A stretch of 64,000 bases of DNA from a virus. Shown here one piece after another: positions 1-9,319 of the stretch; within the stretch, counting starts at the first letter, position 1; each line of letters starts with the position of its first letter. Below the pieces are notes generated by a model, which ran no database searches, was not told the DNA's origin, and saw only the letters and a list, made by a program, of their open reading frames with translations. The stretch spans positions 43,127 through 107,126 of IMG/VR virus record IMGVR_UViG_3300027971_000031; one strand, given 5' to 3'. The position numbers and the translations under genes are program-made.

Positions 1-1403
1 CTTGTAAGTATGGTGATAATTTTGTTTATATGAAATTAGACCCTGAAAAAGGTATTGTTGGTTGTCAACAATTACCAACAATTGAAATTGAACGTCATGA
101 GGTTGGTGTAACCGCTAAGATTACTGTGGATATCACACAGGAACAAGACCAGAATAAGAAGGCTCTTCACTTTACTTGGAAAAACAGAAACATGGAATTC
201 CAATCATGGGAGATTGCTCACTTTAGATTATTAGGTGATGACAGAAAACTTCCATATGGTACATCAATGTTAGAAAAAGCAAGACGTATTTGGAAACAGT
301 TATTGTTATCAGAAGATGCCATGTTAATCTATCGTACATCAAGAGCACCTGAAAGAAGAATGTTTAAAGTGTTTGTGGGTAACATGAATGACGATGATGT
401 TGAAGCATACGTAAACCGTGTTGCGAACAAATTTAAAAGAGAACAAATTGTGGACGCTAAAACAGGAAACGTAGATATGAGATTCAACCAAATGGCGGTT
501 GACCAAGATTACTTCATTCCAGTTCGTGACCCTGCAGCACCAGACCCAATTACAACATTACCCGGAGCTACAAACTTATCAGAAATTGCCGATATTGAAT
601 ATATCCAAAAGAAATTATTAACCGCACTTCGTGTTCCTAAGGCATTCTTAGGATTTGAAGAAGTTGTTGGTGATGGTAAAAACTTATCATTACAAGATAT
701 CCGTTTTGCTCGTACAATCAACAGAATTCAAAAAAGTATGATTGCCGAGTTAAATAAAATTGCAATTGTTCACTTATTTTTATTAGGATTTGAAGATGAA
801 TTACAAAACTTTACATTAGGTTTATCTAATCCATCAACACAAGCCGATTTATTAAAAATTGACGTATGGAAAGAAAAAGTGTTATTGTATAAAGATTTGG
901 TTGCCGACCCAGGAAATGGTATTCAACCTACATCATCAACTTGGGCTAAGAAACATATCTTTAACTGGTCTGATGAAGAAATCAGATTGGATTTACAACA
1001 ACAAAGAATTGAAAGAGCTGTTGGAGAGGAACTTAAAGCAACTCCGACAGTTATTACCAAAACAGGATTATTTGATAATATTGATAAGTTATATGGTAAT
1101 CCGTCTGGGTCAACTGCAAATGCTGCGACAACTACAGATAGTGAAAATACGGGTGCCGTACCATCATTTGGAGGAGGAGGTTTTGAAACAGCTCCACCAC
1201 CAGCAGGTGAAGAAGCTCCACCAGCAGGAGGTGAAACAGCACCGCCACCAGCAGGTGAAGTAACACCTGAATCTAAAAGAGCAAATATGAATATTTTATT
1301 AGAAAATAATTTTGCAGAAAAATCAAGATTTTTAAATTTGAATCAAGGTCAAGATTCTTTGGGAGAAATTTCAAAAGAATTGGATAAGTTACTAAATTCG
1401 TAA
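1..1403 (+). CDS. gp20: Portal protein, T4 gp20-like (5'-truncated by window edge)
   Basis: Frame is open upstream of the ATG at 30 (CKYGDNFVYM). Motifs LSEDAMLIYRTSRAPERRMFKVFVGNM, DYFIPVR, ITTLPGATNL, DIEYIQKKLLTALRVPK, DIRFARTINRIQ are typical of gp20; lies upstream of protease, scaffold and MCP. Confidence 0.95.
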   Translation, partial: CKYGDNFVYMKLDPEKGIVGCQQLPTIEIERHEVGVTAKITVDITQEQDQNKKALHFTWKNRNMEFQSWEIAHFRLLGDDRKLPYGTSMLEKARRIWKQLLLSEDAMLIYRTSRAPERRMFKVFVGNMNDDDVEAYVNRVANKFKREQIVDAKTGNVDMRFNQMAVDQDYFIPVRDPAAPDPITTLPGATNLSEIADIEYIQKKLLTALRVPKAFLGFEEVVGDGKNLSLQDIRFARTINRIQKSMIAELNKIAIVHLFLLGFEDELQNFTLGLSNPSTQADLLKIDVWKEKVLLYKDLVADPGNGIQPTSSTWAKKHIFNWSDEEIRLDLQQQRIERAVGEELKATPTVITKTGLFDNIDKLYGNPSGSTANAATTTDSENTGAVPSFGGGGFETAPPPAGEEAPPAGGETAPPPAGEVTPESKRANMNILLENNFAEKSRFLNLNQGQDSLGEISKELDKLLNS

Positions 1404-1426
1404 TATTTATATTGAAAATAGACAAA

Positions 1427-2128
1427 ATGACTTTCGGACAAATTAAATCCATAATTGAAAACAATTTATTAGAATCCTACAAAAATGAGCAGGAATTTAA
1501 AAAATCGTTAAAAGAGTTCAAACATAATGTTTTGAACAATAAGAATATGTCAAAATTATATTCTTTATACGACCAATTAACTACACCTCAAGGATTAACC
1601 GAAGCCGATGCAAAAGATTTCTTGGAAGAAGGGATTACCTTAATTCAAAAATTGGTGCCAACAATTAAAACACCAAAAACAACATATGAGAATGTTTCAA
1701 ACAAATATTCTGATATTGATTCGTTAGTTTATACTAACAAATTGGATTTAATGGAAAGAGTTCAATCAAAGAAGACTTTGATTAAGACATTGGTTTCACA
1801 AAAACCTGAAACTATAAAGGAATCAATTAATATTCCTTTAAAATCTATGGTTAGTATTGCAAACCAAACAATGAAGGGTTATCTTGATAATCTTGACGAA
1901 TCAACCAAAAAAGAATTCATCCAATTAATGTCTGAAGATACTTCATTACTTCAAGAAAAATTTGAAACTTTAAAAGAAAGTACAATCTCTAAATTGAACA
2001 CTCTATTAGAAAACGAAAATGAATTTGAAATTAAGACAAAATTGTCTGAAACAATTGATAGATTGAAAGTTGAAAAATTTGACCAACTTAATTTCCTTAA
2101 GTTAAAGAACTTAGAAGAATCAATCTAA
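1427..2128 (+). CDS. Hypothetical head-module protein (prohead core-like, helical, several L/I-x-E sites)
   Basis: ORF 1412-2128; ATG at 1427 follows TATTTAT at 1404-1410. Sites LLES, IKES, LKES; between portal and protease. Confidence 0.6.
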   Translation: MTFGQIKSIIENNLLESYKNEQEFKKSLKEFKHNVLNNKNMSKLYSLYDQLTTPQGLTEADAKDFLEEGITLIQKLVPTIKTPKTTYENVSNKYSDIDSLVYTNKLDLMERVQSKKTLIKTLVSQKPETIKESINIPLKSMVSIANQTMKGYLDNLDESTKKEFIQLMSEDTSLLQEKFETLKESTISKLNTLLENENEFEIKTKLSETIDRLKVEKFDQLNFLKLKNLEESI

Positions 2129-2308
2129 TTTAGATTTCATCTTTTGAACGTAAGAAGCTTTCAACTTTTGTTGTCTTCTTTCCACCGACTTTTTAACAAA
2201 TTCTTTTTTACCAAACAACATCTGATTTTGTTTAGTTTTAATTACTTTTGACTTTAATGTCTTTAGGGCCCTTTCTATCCCATCTTTTTTTACATCTACT
2301 TTTAACAT
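2120..2308 (-). CDS. rpsU: Ribosomal protein bS21 homolog
   Basis: MLKVDVKKDGIERALKTLKSKVIKTKQNQMLFGKKEFVKKSVERRQQKLKA matches the bS21 pattern (V..V....IERALK.FK.K......EF.KPS..RR). Small and basic; likely ATG at 2308. Confidence 0.85.
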   Translation of the reverse strand: MLKVDVKKDGIERALKTLKSKVIKTKQNQMLFGKKEFVKKSVERRQQKLKASYVQKMKSKLD

Positions 2309-2341
2309 ATAATACAAATATCTTAATATTTCAGAAAGTTT

Positions 2342-2370
2342 TTGACAATAGAACTAATTTTTATTATTAT
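2342..2370 (+). promoter_or_regulatory. Possible host-type promoter TTGACA-N17-TATTAT
   Basis: TTGACA at 2342-2347, 17 nt spacer, TATTAT at 2365-2370, upstream of the ORF at 2408. The AT-rich context lowers specificity. Confidence 0.4.
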
Positions 2371-2407
2371 TTTAACAAATAAATAAACATTGACAATATG
2401 AAACTTA

Positions 2408-2839
2408 ATGAAAAAAGGAAAAAGTGTAAAGTTAAATCTGTATAATCCAATTAAATCTGTCTACGGAACAGTAGATTCAAAAAATTTAAAATCATTATAC
2501 ATTAACATACAATCATGGGTAACACCTAAATTTGAACATAACAATTGGAATAGAGTTGTTTGTAATCTTAGCCGAGATATTAAACATTCGGTATTCAACT
2601 CAATAAACCACGAATTATTTAAAGAACAAAGTATAGTTGATTTGGACCTTAGGACAAGTGGTATTTCACACGGTAAAAAATCTTTTTTAAACTTAGAGGT
2701 TAATTTATATACCAACAATGAAATAGATTTTAAATGTCCTGAAATAAAAGATTCGGTTAAAGCAATCATTAAAAACATAGTTAAAGAGAATGTAATCCAA
2801 AACAAATACTTCGAATTTTCACCTTCTAAAAACGATTAA
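2408..2839 (+). CDS. Hypothetical protein
   Basis: 143 aa ORF with normal codon usage, in the head module. Confidence 0.7.
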   Translation: MKKGKSVKLNLYNPIKSVYGTVDSKNLKSLYINIQSWVTPKFEHNNWNRVVCNLSRDIKHSVFNSINHELFKEQSIVDLDLRTSGISHGKKSFLNLEVNLYTNNEIDFKCPEIKDSVKAIIKNIVKENVIQNKYFEFSPSKND

Positions 2840-2884
2840 TATTAAAAAGATAGTAATATCGTATATTTATCTTAAAAAGAATTC

Positions 2885-3607
2885 ATGAAACAATTAAGAA
2901 TTTTAGAAGCAAGCGAAGTAGGTCATGGAATATTGGTTGAAACCGACGCAGGTTGGATATCACCAAAAGATATTCGTAACGCCGAGATGTTAAGAGAAGC
3001 AAAGGAGTTAGATTATAGAAATCCTTTTGAATTTTATGCGGTATTACAAAAATACGATACACCAAATAGAAACGGAAGATTTTATCCTGAAAGAATATTA
3101 AAGAGAGAAGCAATAAACTATCAAAAAGCAATTGAAAAGGGTTTATCCACTTCAGAACTTAATCACCCTGAATCGTCTTTAATTGACTTAGATAGGGTAT
3201 CTCACATCATCACAGAGATATGGTGGGATAGAAATATCTTAATGGGTAAACTTAAATTGTTAACATCGCCAGGTTTTCATGAAAGAGGTATTGTTTCCAC
3301 TAAAGGAGACCAAGCAGCTAACTTAATGAGACAAGGTGTTACTATGGGTGTTTCTTCAAGAGGTGTAGGTTCGTTGAAAAAGGTTGGTGAAAGAAATGAA
3401 GTACAAGACGATTTTGAATTAATCTGTTTTGATTTGGTATCATCTCCATCAACACCAGGAGCTTATTTATTTACGAATCCTGATGATAGAGATAAGTACG
3501 AAGAGAACTTGGAAGAAGAAAAAAAATACAAATCACCTGAAAATTCGGAATTTCAAACTAAAGGAGTTGACTTAATGAGAAAATTAACCGATTATTTGGG
3601 AAAATAA
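2885..3607 (+). CDS. gp21: Prohead protease, T4 gp21-like
   Basis: NRNGRFYP, ELNHP (catalytic His), VSHII, GVSSRGVGS (catalytic Ser), DFELICFDLVSSPSTPGAY. Confidence 0.95.
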   Translation: MKQLRILEASEVGHGILVETDAGWISPKDIRNAEMLREAKELDYRNPFEFYAVLQKYDTPNRNGRFYPERILKREAINYQKAIEKGLSTSELNHPESSLIDLDRVSHIITEIWWDRNILMGKLKLLTSPGFHERGIVSTKGDQAANLMRQGVTMGVSSRGVGSLKKVGERNEVQDDFELICFDLVSSPSTPGAYLFTNPDDRDKYEENLEEEKKYKSPENSEFQTKGVDLMRKLTDYLGK

Positions 3608-3613
3608 TAAATT

Positions 3614-3823
3614 ATGGACGAAAAATATTTTGTAGCGAAAATTCAGTATGACTTACCTGATGAGAATACTGGTAAAATCAAAAAAATCAGAGAAGAGAAA
3701 TTAGTTAAAGGTTTTTCAGTAACAGATGTCGAAGCAAAGGTTACGGAAAAATACCAAGGGTTTACAAATGATTGGAGAATTACTTCAGTATCAGAAAGTA
3801 AAATTGATGAGGTAATCGAATAA
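3614..3823 (+). CDS. Small protein resembling one repeat of the Bacteroidota DUF4494 family
   Basis: YFVAKIQY...GKIKKIREEKLVKGFSVTDVEAKV...WRITSVSESKIDEV resembles the DUF4494 repeat as recalled (WF.CK..Y...G..KKV.E.YLV.A.SFTEAE). Confidence 0.55.
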   Translation: MDEKYFVAKIQYDLPDENTGKIKKIREEKLVKGFSVTDVEAKVTEKYQGFTNDWRITSVSESKIDEVIE

Positions 3824-3846
3824 TTAAATTTTAAACAAATTAAATT

Positions 3847-3874
3847 AAAGTGGTCATAATCGACCACTTTTTTT
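3847..3874 (+). terminator. Rho-independent terminator
   Basis: AAAGTGGTC-ATAATC-GACCACTTT hairpin followed by a T-run. Confidence 0.8.
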
Positions 3875-3977
3875 ATGCTCCGAATTTTTTACATAAAATA
3901 AAATTAAGATTGTGTTACCCTAAAAGTGAATTTTTTATTATTTGACACTATTTATATTGTAAAAATAATAGATTTTC

Positions 3978-5537
3978 ATGAAAGAAAACAAATTAGTCCA
4001 AGAGGCTCTTATTCAAATGAGACAAGTTGAAGAAGCTATAGCCGAAAATGCAAAAGGAATACTTGCTTCAACTATGAAGGAAGAAATCAACCAATTAGTA
4101 AAAGAATCTCTTTCTGAACAGGATGATGAAAATGAGATTGATTTAGATGCAGACGTTGATACGGATGCTGATAACGATGAAATGGAAATGGATATCGATA
4201 CAGATATGGACATGGACTCTGATGAAGAGGATATGGATATGGATGTTGACATGGATATGGACATGGATTCAGAAGAAAGTCCAATAGATTTAACTGACGC
4301 TTCTGACGAGGAAATCTTGAAAGTATTCAAAGCTATGGGTGAAGATGACGGTATCATTGTAAAAAAAGATGGTGAAAACGTTCATTTAACTGATGATGAT
4401 GCTGACGTAGAATATCTTGTTAAGCTTGGTGAGTCTGAAGAAGACGAATTAATGCAAGAAGACGATATGAATTACGACGAACGAGATGAATCTGTTGATG
4501 ACGTTATTAACGCTATTTTCTCTGATAATGGTGATTCATCAGATGTTGAAGATTTTGACGATGAAGAAGAAGTTGTTTATGAAATAACTTTAGACGATGA
4601 TGATGACGAAATGATGGACGATGATGATGACGAAATGATGGACGATGATGATGACGAAATGATGGATGATTCAGAAATGAGGGAAGAAGATGACATGGAC
4701 GATTTAACAAATGAAACTTACAAACCTAAAGGTGTTGGAATGGGCTCAGGTCCTAAATTTTCTTACAAAGATAAAGCTAAAGGCGGATTTGATGAAAAGA
4801 AAAAAGTAGGTCCTAAATCAGTTGGTACTGGTAAAGCAAAATTTGAATACAAGAAAGGTGAAAATATGGGAGGTAAATCCAAAGTTGTTAAAGCAGAAAC
4901 TAAAGAAGGTGATTACGGAATGAATAGAGGTGATAAATCTAAAACCATGAAAGGTAAAGAAGATTACACTACTAAAAAAGGTATGACAAATTCTAAAGGA
5001 GAAAAAGCTTTTGAAAAAACTGAAACAAAAGAAGCAGCTAGAACATACGGAATGGGTTCCAAAGAAGGTAGAGGATTAAGAAAAGGCATCACAAATAACA
5101 GAAACTATGTTTATGGTAAAAATGGTGTTAAAGTTGAATCAACTACTTCAGAAGAAGTTAGAATGTTGAGAGAAAAGAATGAAGAGTACAGAAAAGCATT
5201 GAATGTGTTTAGAGAAAAACTTAACGAAGTTGCAATCTTTAATTCAAACTTAGCTTACGCAACAAGATTGTTCACAGAGCACTCAACCACTAAAAAAGAA
5301 AAAATAAACATCCTAAGAAGATTCGATGATGTTGAAACTTTAAAAGAATCTAAAAATCTTTATAAGTCAATCAAAGACGAATTAAATACTGTGGATACAA
5401 AATCAATTAACGAATCGGTAGCAACAAAACTAAACAAATCAGTTTCTACAGGTTCATCAACAACTCTAATTGAATCAAAAACTTATGAAAATCCTCAATT
5501 CTTAAGAATGAAGGACTTAATGGGTAAATTAGGTTAA
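3978..5537 (+). CDS. Prohead scaffold/core protein (gp22-like)
   Basis: Immediately upstream of the MCP. Very acidic N-terminal half, Lys/Gly-rich middle, coiled-coil C-terminus with many L/I-x-E protease sites, ending RMKDLMG. Confidence 0.8.
   Translation: MKENKLVQEALIQMRQVEEAIAENAKGILASTMKEEINQLVKESLSEQDDENEIDLDADVDTDADNDEMEMDIDTDMDMDSDEEDMDMDVDMDMDMDSEESPIDLTDASDEEILKVFKAMGEDDGIIVKKDGENVHLTDDDADVEYLVKLGESEEDELMQEDDMNYDERDESVDDVINAIFSDNGDSSDVEDFDDEEEVVYEITLDDDDDEMMDDDDDEMMDDDDDEMMDDSEMREEDDMDDLTNETYKPKGVGMGSGPKFSYKDKAKGGFDEKKKVGPKSVGTGKAKFEYKKGENMGGKSKVVKAETKEGDYGMNRGDKSKTMKGKEDYTTKKGMTNSKGEKAFEKTETKEAARTYGMGSKEGRGLRKGITNNRNYVYGKNGVKVESTTSEEVRMLREKNEEYRKALNVFREKLNEVAIFNSNLAYATRLFTEHSTTKKEKINILRRFDDVETLKESKNLYKSIKDELNTVDTKSINESVATKLNKSVSTGSSTTLIESKTYENPQFLRMKDLMGKLG
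4593..4664 (+). repeat. 3 x 24 bp perfect tandem repeat (DDDDDEMM) in the scaffold gene
   Basis: GACGATGATGATGACGAAATGATG repeated three times. Confidence 0.9.
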
Positions 5538-5581
5538 AAAAATAAAAATAAAATAAACTTAAAAACAAAACAAATACTAAA

Positions 5582-7387
5582 ATGGGAGCATTATTAGAAT
5601 CAGGTCTTGTAGGTAACATCGGGTTAAAACACCTTAAAGTTATCAAAGAAGACACAATCAACAAATGGGACAAATTAGGCTTTTTAGAAGGTCTTAAAGG
5701 TCACATGAGAGAAAACGTAGCACAATTATACGAAAACCAAGCATCGTTCTTAATTAACGAAGCATCATCTACATCTGACACAGGTGCATTTGAAACAGTT
5801 GTTTTCCCAATTGTAAGACGTGTATTCTCTAAATTATTAGCGAATGACATCGTATCAGTACAAGCAATGAACTTACCTATCGGTAAATTATTTTACTTTG
5901 TACCTAACATTCAGGCTTACACTGACCCAGCTAACTTAGCTACTACAGGTATTCACTACCCACCTTATGGTTCACCAAACGCTGCGGCTGACCAAACACC
6001 AAACAGTGGTTATGACTACAACAACACTAAAGACCTTTACGATAGATTCTACGAAGGTAACGAACCAGCGTTAGACCCACCAGGTTTATTCGACTATTCT
6101 AAAGGACAATATTCTGCAATCACAGCTCCAGTTGTAACTGTATCTTGGTTAGCAGACCAATTGGTTCCTTCAGCTTACACTACAGACAACTATAGAAAAG
6201 TTCTTATTGTTATGTCAGGTTTTGCAGCTGATGGTGCTGGTAAATTAATCGGTCCTGATGGTCAACCAATGGATAACGAAGCGTTTTTATCTGATTTAAC
6301 TATCTATGGTGTTGCAGGTAATAACTACACTTCAGGAAACACAAGTAACCCTTACTTATTTAGAGTTGTAACTCAAAGATATGGTAAAGGTATTGTACAA
6401 TACGGTAATAACAACTCTACGTTAGTATTCCCTAACAGTAAAACTGATGGTGGTCAATATGACAACATGTGTGATGCTGAAGGTAAAATCTACTTAGAAG
6501 TTGATTTACAAGTACCAGTTTGTATTACTTGTGGTGGTTCTATGGACGGTTACACAGGTTCAACATTCTCTTCAGATACAACAAGTAATGATGCATTTAC
6601 TGCAACTTACAGAATCTACAAAAACTTAGAATTTGAAGATAGAATTGGTGAGGTATCTTTCGACCTTATGTCAGTTACAGTTTCTGTAACAGAAAGAAAA
6701 TTAAGAGCTCAATGGTCTCCAGAAATGGCACAAGACGTTGCAGCATTCCACAACATCGATGCTGAAGCTGAATTAACAGCTTTATTATCTGAGCAAGTTG
6801 CGGCTGAAATCGACCGTGAAATCTTAAGAGATTTACGTAAAGGTGCGGCTTGGAACTTACGTTGGGATTACAATGGTTGGAAACGTCTTGGTTCAAGTGC
6901 AGTTCCTTACACTCAAAAAGACTGGAATCAAACGTTGATTACAGCTATCAACCAAATTTCGGCTCAAATCCACAAATCTACCTTAAGAGGTGGAGCTAAC
7001 TGGATTGTTGTTTCTTCTGAAATCAGTGCTATCTTTGATGACTTGGAGTACTTCCACGTATCAAATGCAGCTCCTGAGCAAGACCAATACAACATGGGTA
7101 TTGAAAGAGTTGGTACATTAGCTGGTCGTTACCAAGTGTATAGAGACCCTTACTTCCCACCAAACCAAGTGTTGTTGGGTCACAAAGGTACGTCTTTACT
7201 TGACACAGGTTATATCTACGCACCGTATGTACCTCTACAATTAACACCTACAATGTACAATCCATTCAACTTTACACCTATCAAAGGTATAATGACGAGA
7301 TACGCTAAGAAAATGGTTAATAACCGTTTCTACGGACGTATCACGGTTGATGGTGTACGTACATTCGATTTAAGAGAATTGAGATAA
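5582..7387 (+). CDS. gp23: Major capsid protein, T4 gp23-like
   Basis: PIVRRVF..LLANDIVSVQAM..P.G, RKLRAQWSPEMAQDVAAFHNIDAEAELTALLSEQVAAEIDREIL, GYIYAPYVPL, FTPIKGIMTRYA; predicted maturation site LINE/A near residue 60. Confidence 0.97.
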   Translation: MGALLESGLVGNIGLKHLKVIKEDTINKWDKLGFLEGLKGHMRENVAQLYENQASFLINEASSTSDTGAFETVVFPIVRRVFSKLLANDIVSVQAMNLPIGKLFYFVPNIQAYTDPANLATTGIHYPPYGSPNAAADQTPNSGYDYNNTKDLYDRFYEGNEPALDPPGLFDYSKGQYSAITAPVVTVSWLADQLVPSAYTTDNYRKVLIVMSGFAADGAGKLIGPDGQPMDNEAFLSDLTIYGVAGNNYTSGNTSNPYLFRVVTQRYGKGIVQYGNNNSTLVFPNSKTDGGQYDNMCDAEGKIYLEVDLQVPVCITCGGSMDGYTGSTFSSDTTSNDAFTATYRIYKNLEFEDRIGEVSFDLMSVTVSVTERKLRAQWSPEMAQDVAAFHNIDAEAELTALLSEQVAAEIDREILRDLRKGAAWNLRWDYNGWKRLGSSAVPYTQKDWNQTLITAINQISAQIHKSTLRGGANWIVVSSEISAIFDDLEYFHVSNAAPEQDQYNMGIERVGTLAGRYQVYRDPYFPPNQVLLGHKGTSLLDTGYIYAPYVPLQLTPTMYNPFNFTPIKGIMTRYAKKMVNNRFYGRITVDGVRTFDLRELR

Positions 7388-7408
7388 TCAATATCTTATT
7401 TAGATACC

Positions 7409-7440
7409 AAAAAGGGGACAAGAAATTGTCTCCTTTTTTT
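7409..7440 (+). terminator. Rho-independent terminator after the MCP gene
   Basis: AAAAAGGGGACAA-GAAA-TTGTCTCCTTTTTTT. Confidence 0.9.
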
Positions 7441-7486
7441 ATTTACAGGAAAATTAAATTGTATATATTTATTATTAGATTTTAGA

Positions 7487-7561
7487 TTATCAGTCCCCAA
7501 CCCTAAGAAGTTGTTGAGTGTTCACGGACACAAAGGTATTGGTAACATAGTCATTAACTAT
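7487..7561 (+). other. Candidate structured 5' leader RNA (three-way junction plus a small hairpin)
   Basis: TTATCAGT(7487-94) pairs with ATTGGTAA(7538-45), enclosing CAAC/GTTG and GTGTT-CACG-GACAC hairpins. Lies between TATTTAT (7466) and the next CDS. Confidence 0.4.
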
Positions 7562-7579
7562 TATAAAATTAAAAAAAAA

Positions 7580-8353
7580 AAGTATTACAAAACAACTAGC
7601 GCGAGCAAGCCGACTGCTCACATCACAAAGAAAAAGTCGCGTTTAAAAATCTACAATGGTAATGTCGTATTCCTTAACGACAAAGATAATTTCGAATTCG
7701 AAATTCATAATCCAAAACAAACATCGGTTCTTTGTAAAATCAAACTGAATGGTCAGTATATCTCTAAAAGTGGTATTATTTTACGACCAGGTCAAAGGGT
7801 GTTTTTAGAACGTTTCCTTGACTCAAATAACAAGTTTGAGTTCAGTACCTATGAAGTTAAAGATACGTCCGAGAATCGTGATGCAATTGACTTAAATGGA
7901 GATGTAATGGTTGAGTTCTACGATGAACAGGAAGTTAGGATTTACCCTCACCTTTCAGGTGGAAATTGGGGTAGTGGTTGGACAACTATTAATACAGGTT
8001 CTCCATATTATGGTGATATAACTTTTACCAATAACTCATCAACTACATATGTTTCTACCACATCTCTTAATAGTCTGACCAATACAGTTGAAGGTCCAAA
8101 CATTAGAAGTGTTAAATCTAAAAAATCTATTGAAACAGGTAGGGTTGAAAAAGGTGAAAAATCAAATCAACAATTTACCAATTCATCAAATCAAACTTTT
8201 AATTTTTTGGTATCTAACTCTATAAGATTTAAAATATTACCATTAGGTAATAAAAATGTCACCACAGAGGATATTAAACATTACTGTACCGAATGTGGTA
8301 TCAAGACAAAATCAAAATATAAATTTTGTCCGTCTTGTGGTAAAAAATTGTAA
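7580..8353 (+). CDS. Hypothetical protein with C-terminal zinc ribbon (start uncertain)
   Basis: ORF track 7511-8353 (TTG start). C-terminal CTECG...KFCPSCG. Protein-like sequence begins near 7580, where AAG stands in place of an expected ATG. Confidence 0.7.
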   Translation, partial: KYYKTTSASKPTAHITKKKSRLKIYNGNVVFLNDKDNFEFEIHNPKQTSVLCKIKLNGQYISKSGIILRPGQRVFLERFLDSNNKFEFSTYEVKDTSENRDAIDLNGDVMVEFYDEQEVRIYPHLSGGNWGSGWTTINTGSPYYGDITFTNNSSTTYVSTTSLNSLTNTVEGPNIRSVKSKKSIETGRVEKGEKSNQQFTNSSNQTFNFLVSNSIRFKILPLGNKNVTTEDIKHYCTECGIKTKSKYKFCPSCGKKL

Positions 8354-8358
8354 GATAT

Positions 8359-8390
8359 AAAAAAAGGGGTTCCGTGAGACCCCTTTTTTT
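8359..8390. terminator. Bidirectional terminator between convergent genes
   Basis: A7-GGGGTT...GACCCC-T7 hairpin flanked by A- and T-runs. Confidence 0.85.
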
Positions 8391-8595
8391 ATTTTAGCAT
8401 TCTAAGTGATTTAGAAACAATTTCAGATTCGGTTAACGAATATAATCCATTCTTATATGCCATTTGAACGGCTCTAATTAACATAAATTTTGCCTGTTCT
8501 TCTGTTAAGTTATCTATTAGATTTTCAATATCTTCAGGTTTGTATATTGCAACGTCCTCAAATAGAAAGGCGATTGGTTGTTTTTCTTGTTCCAT
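8389..8595 (-). CDS. Hypothetical protein
   Basis: 68 aa ORF with ATG, ending at the bidirectional terminator. Confidence 0.65.
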   Translation of the reverse strand: MEQEKQPIAFLFEDVAIYKPEDIENLIDNLTEEQAKFMLIRAVQMAYKNGLYSLTESEIVSKSLRMLK

Positions 8596-8626
8596 AATGT
8601 ATTAACGATATATTTATAGTAAGTAT

Positions 8627-9319
8627 ATGAAAAGAAATAGAATTAGTGAAGCCACAGGTTCGGGAAGTGCGGGAAACTTCAAAGTACCAATAGTATTATC
8701 TCCACAACCGTGGACAGAAGACCAAGTTGCACCATTTACTAATCCTGTTTATAGTTATAATAATGCAGAGTTGGCATATGAAGAAGCTGACGGTGATTTT
8801 AAAGAAACACCTGAAGAACGAGCTCGAATAGAAAAAAGGACAGATAGAATTGCTCAAGTGGATAGATACCTAAAAAGTTTCTATACTGGTCAAAATGATG
8901 AAGATGGGAGTAATGTTGCGGATATTGAAGACCCTGAGAAAATCATACAACAAGCGGTTGGACCACTTAAAGAAGATTTAGCTGTTTGGTTTGGAACAAA
9001 GAAAAAACCAAAAGGTTCGTCACAACCAAAAGGTCCTTGGGTTAATATTTGTAGAAAAAAAGAAGGTGGTGGTCACCCACCATGTGGAAGACCTGAATCT
9101 TCAGATAAAGGATATCCAAAATGTAGAGCCGCAGGGGTTGCATCTAAAATGAGTGATTCTGAAAAGAAATCTGCGTGTGCTCAAAAAAGAAAAGAAGAGA
9201 AAAAAGACCCAAAAGTTGGTACAGGTAATAAACCAACTATGGTATCTTACAAACCAAAAAATGAATCATTAAAGGACGTAATAAAAAATGTTCTTAATGA
9301 ATATAAAACATCTATTTGA
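8627..9319 (+). CDS. Putative head-internal protein with basic Cys-containing domain (WF...WVNIC...PCGR...YPKCR)
   Basis: TATTTAT at 8611. N-terminal ISE/A, internal LKE/D and C-terminal NESLKDVIKNVLNE tags. Confidence 0.65.
   Translation: MKRNRISEATGSGSAGNFKVPIVLSPQPWTEDQVAPFTNPVYSYNNAELAYEEADGDFKETPEERARIEKRTDRIAQVDRYLKSFYTGQNDEDGSNVADIEDPEKIIQQAVGPLKEDLAVWFGTKKKPKGSSQPKGPWVNICRKKEGGGHPPCGRPESSDKGYPKCRAAGVASKMSDSEKKSACAQKRKEEKKDPKVGTGNKPTMVSYKPKNESLKDVIKNVLNEYKTSI

Noticed and set aside
7487-7545. Hammerhead ribozyme (GTC triplet, three stems, TTGA and AAA junctions)
   Set aside because: The core would be UUGUUGA/CAAA instead of CUGANGA/GAAA; invariant catalytic nucleotides are missing.
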